Shown one piece after another: positions 63,686 through 64,000 of a DNA stretch of 64,000 nucleotides. Positions within the stretch are counted from its first letter, which is position 1. Each line of letters opens with the position of its first letter. Position numbers and translations under genes: made by a program. The notes beneath the pieces are model-generated. The model saw only the letters and a program-made list of their open reading frames with translations, ran no database searches and was not told where the DNA came from. The DNA lies in assembly GCF_036321535.1 (NCBI RefSeq), contig NC_087436.1:75022001-75086000 (forward strand), given 5' to 3'. Source of the stretch: Camelus dromedarius. Its lineage: Eukaryota.

Positions 63686-64000
63686 TCCACACATACTCCA
63701 ATTTCAAAACAGAACTTCTAAAAATTAGCTTGTTGTACCAGGATGAGCAAAATCATTATCAAATTTTCAGTATCAGTATTTTCAGTGCTTTAGAGGAAGA
63801 CAGGAAATAGAAGAAAGGCACTCCTTTTTCTAATTTCAAGACAAAATGGGGTCTCAGAGGCAGCCCATTCTCATTGTTTCTTTTAAACATACCACAGTGC
63901 TATTTTAAATGCTCTCTTCTACTCCCTGCCCCCTGTTTTTGGACAGAAAGTACCACAATGTGGTTATTAAAATTGATTGTGAATTTATTTCAAGTTTTAA

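Larger units (their letters stand above)
14574..64000 (-). other. CNOT6L: CNOT6L transcription unit, 5'-incomplete (exons 5-12 present; intron 4 runs off the right edge)
   Basis: Eight exons of 90+69+158+155+152+228+203+213 nt (1268 nt) splice in compatible phases into one open frame ending LPNRR*. The motifs YNVL, SLQEVE, CADLNS, IDYIF and PSDH match the CCR4 EEP nuclease. The C-terminus HPPLLPLVNGVHLPNRR identifies CNOT6L rather than CNOT6. Confidence 0.97.

Noticed and set aside
1..64000. A novel multi-gene, prokaryote-style or CRISPR-like system
   Set aside because: The sequence is intron/exon-structured mammalian DNA. There is no repeat-spacer array, no operon, and no long ORF outside CNOT6L exons and L1 debris.

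Overview
AT-rich, CpG-poor mammalian genomic DNA, most likely from a camelid, judged from tRNA-derived SINE copies resembling Vic-1. The window holds the 3' part of CNOT6L (CCR4b, the EEP-family deadenylase of CCR4-NOT) on the minus strand. There are 8 coding exons (exons 5-12 in the human 12-exon numbering), all with GT-AG splice sites. Together they give an intact 422-aa frame (about G134-R555) with the catalytic residues present, followed by a ~7.1-kb 3'UTR ending at an AATAAA near 14593. The 5' exons lie beyond 64000. Downstream (3.8-14.4 kb) is a nest of old ERVL/MaLR LTR elements and an internally deleted L1. The large introns are dominated by antisense L1. I found no convincing new gene system. 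The best leads are regulatory or structural: a 26-bp pre-mRNA duplex in intron 9 whose two mismatches are G-U wobbles only on the sense strand; an acceptor-like U21-CAG in the 3'UTR that is in frame with exon 11; alternative poly(A) architecture next to dense miRNA/Pumilio sites; and a locally templated duplication in intron 5. Repeat subfamily names and human residue comparisons come from recall, not from a search. Repeat boundaries without target-site duplications (TSDs) are approximate.
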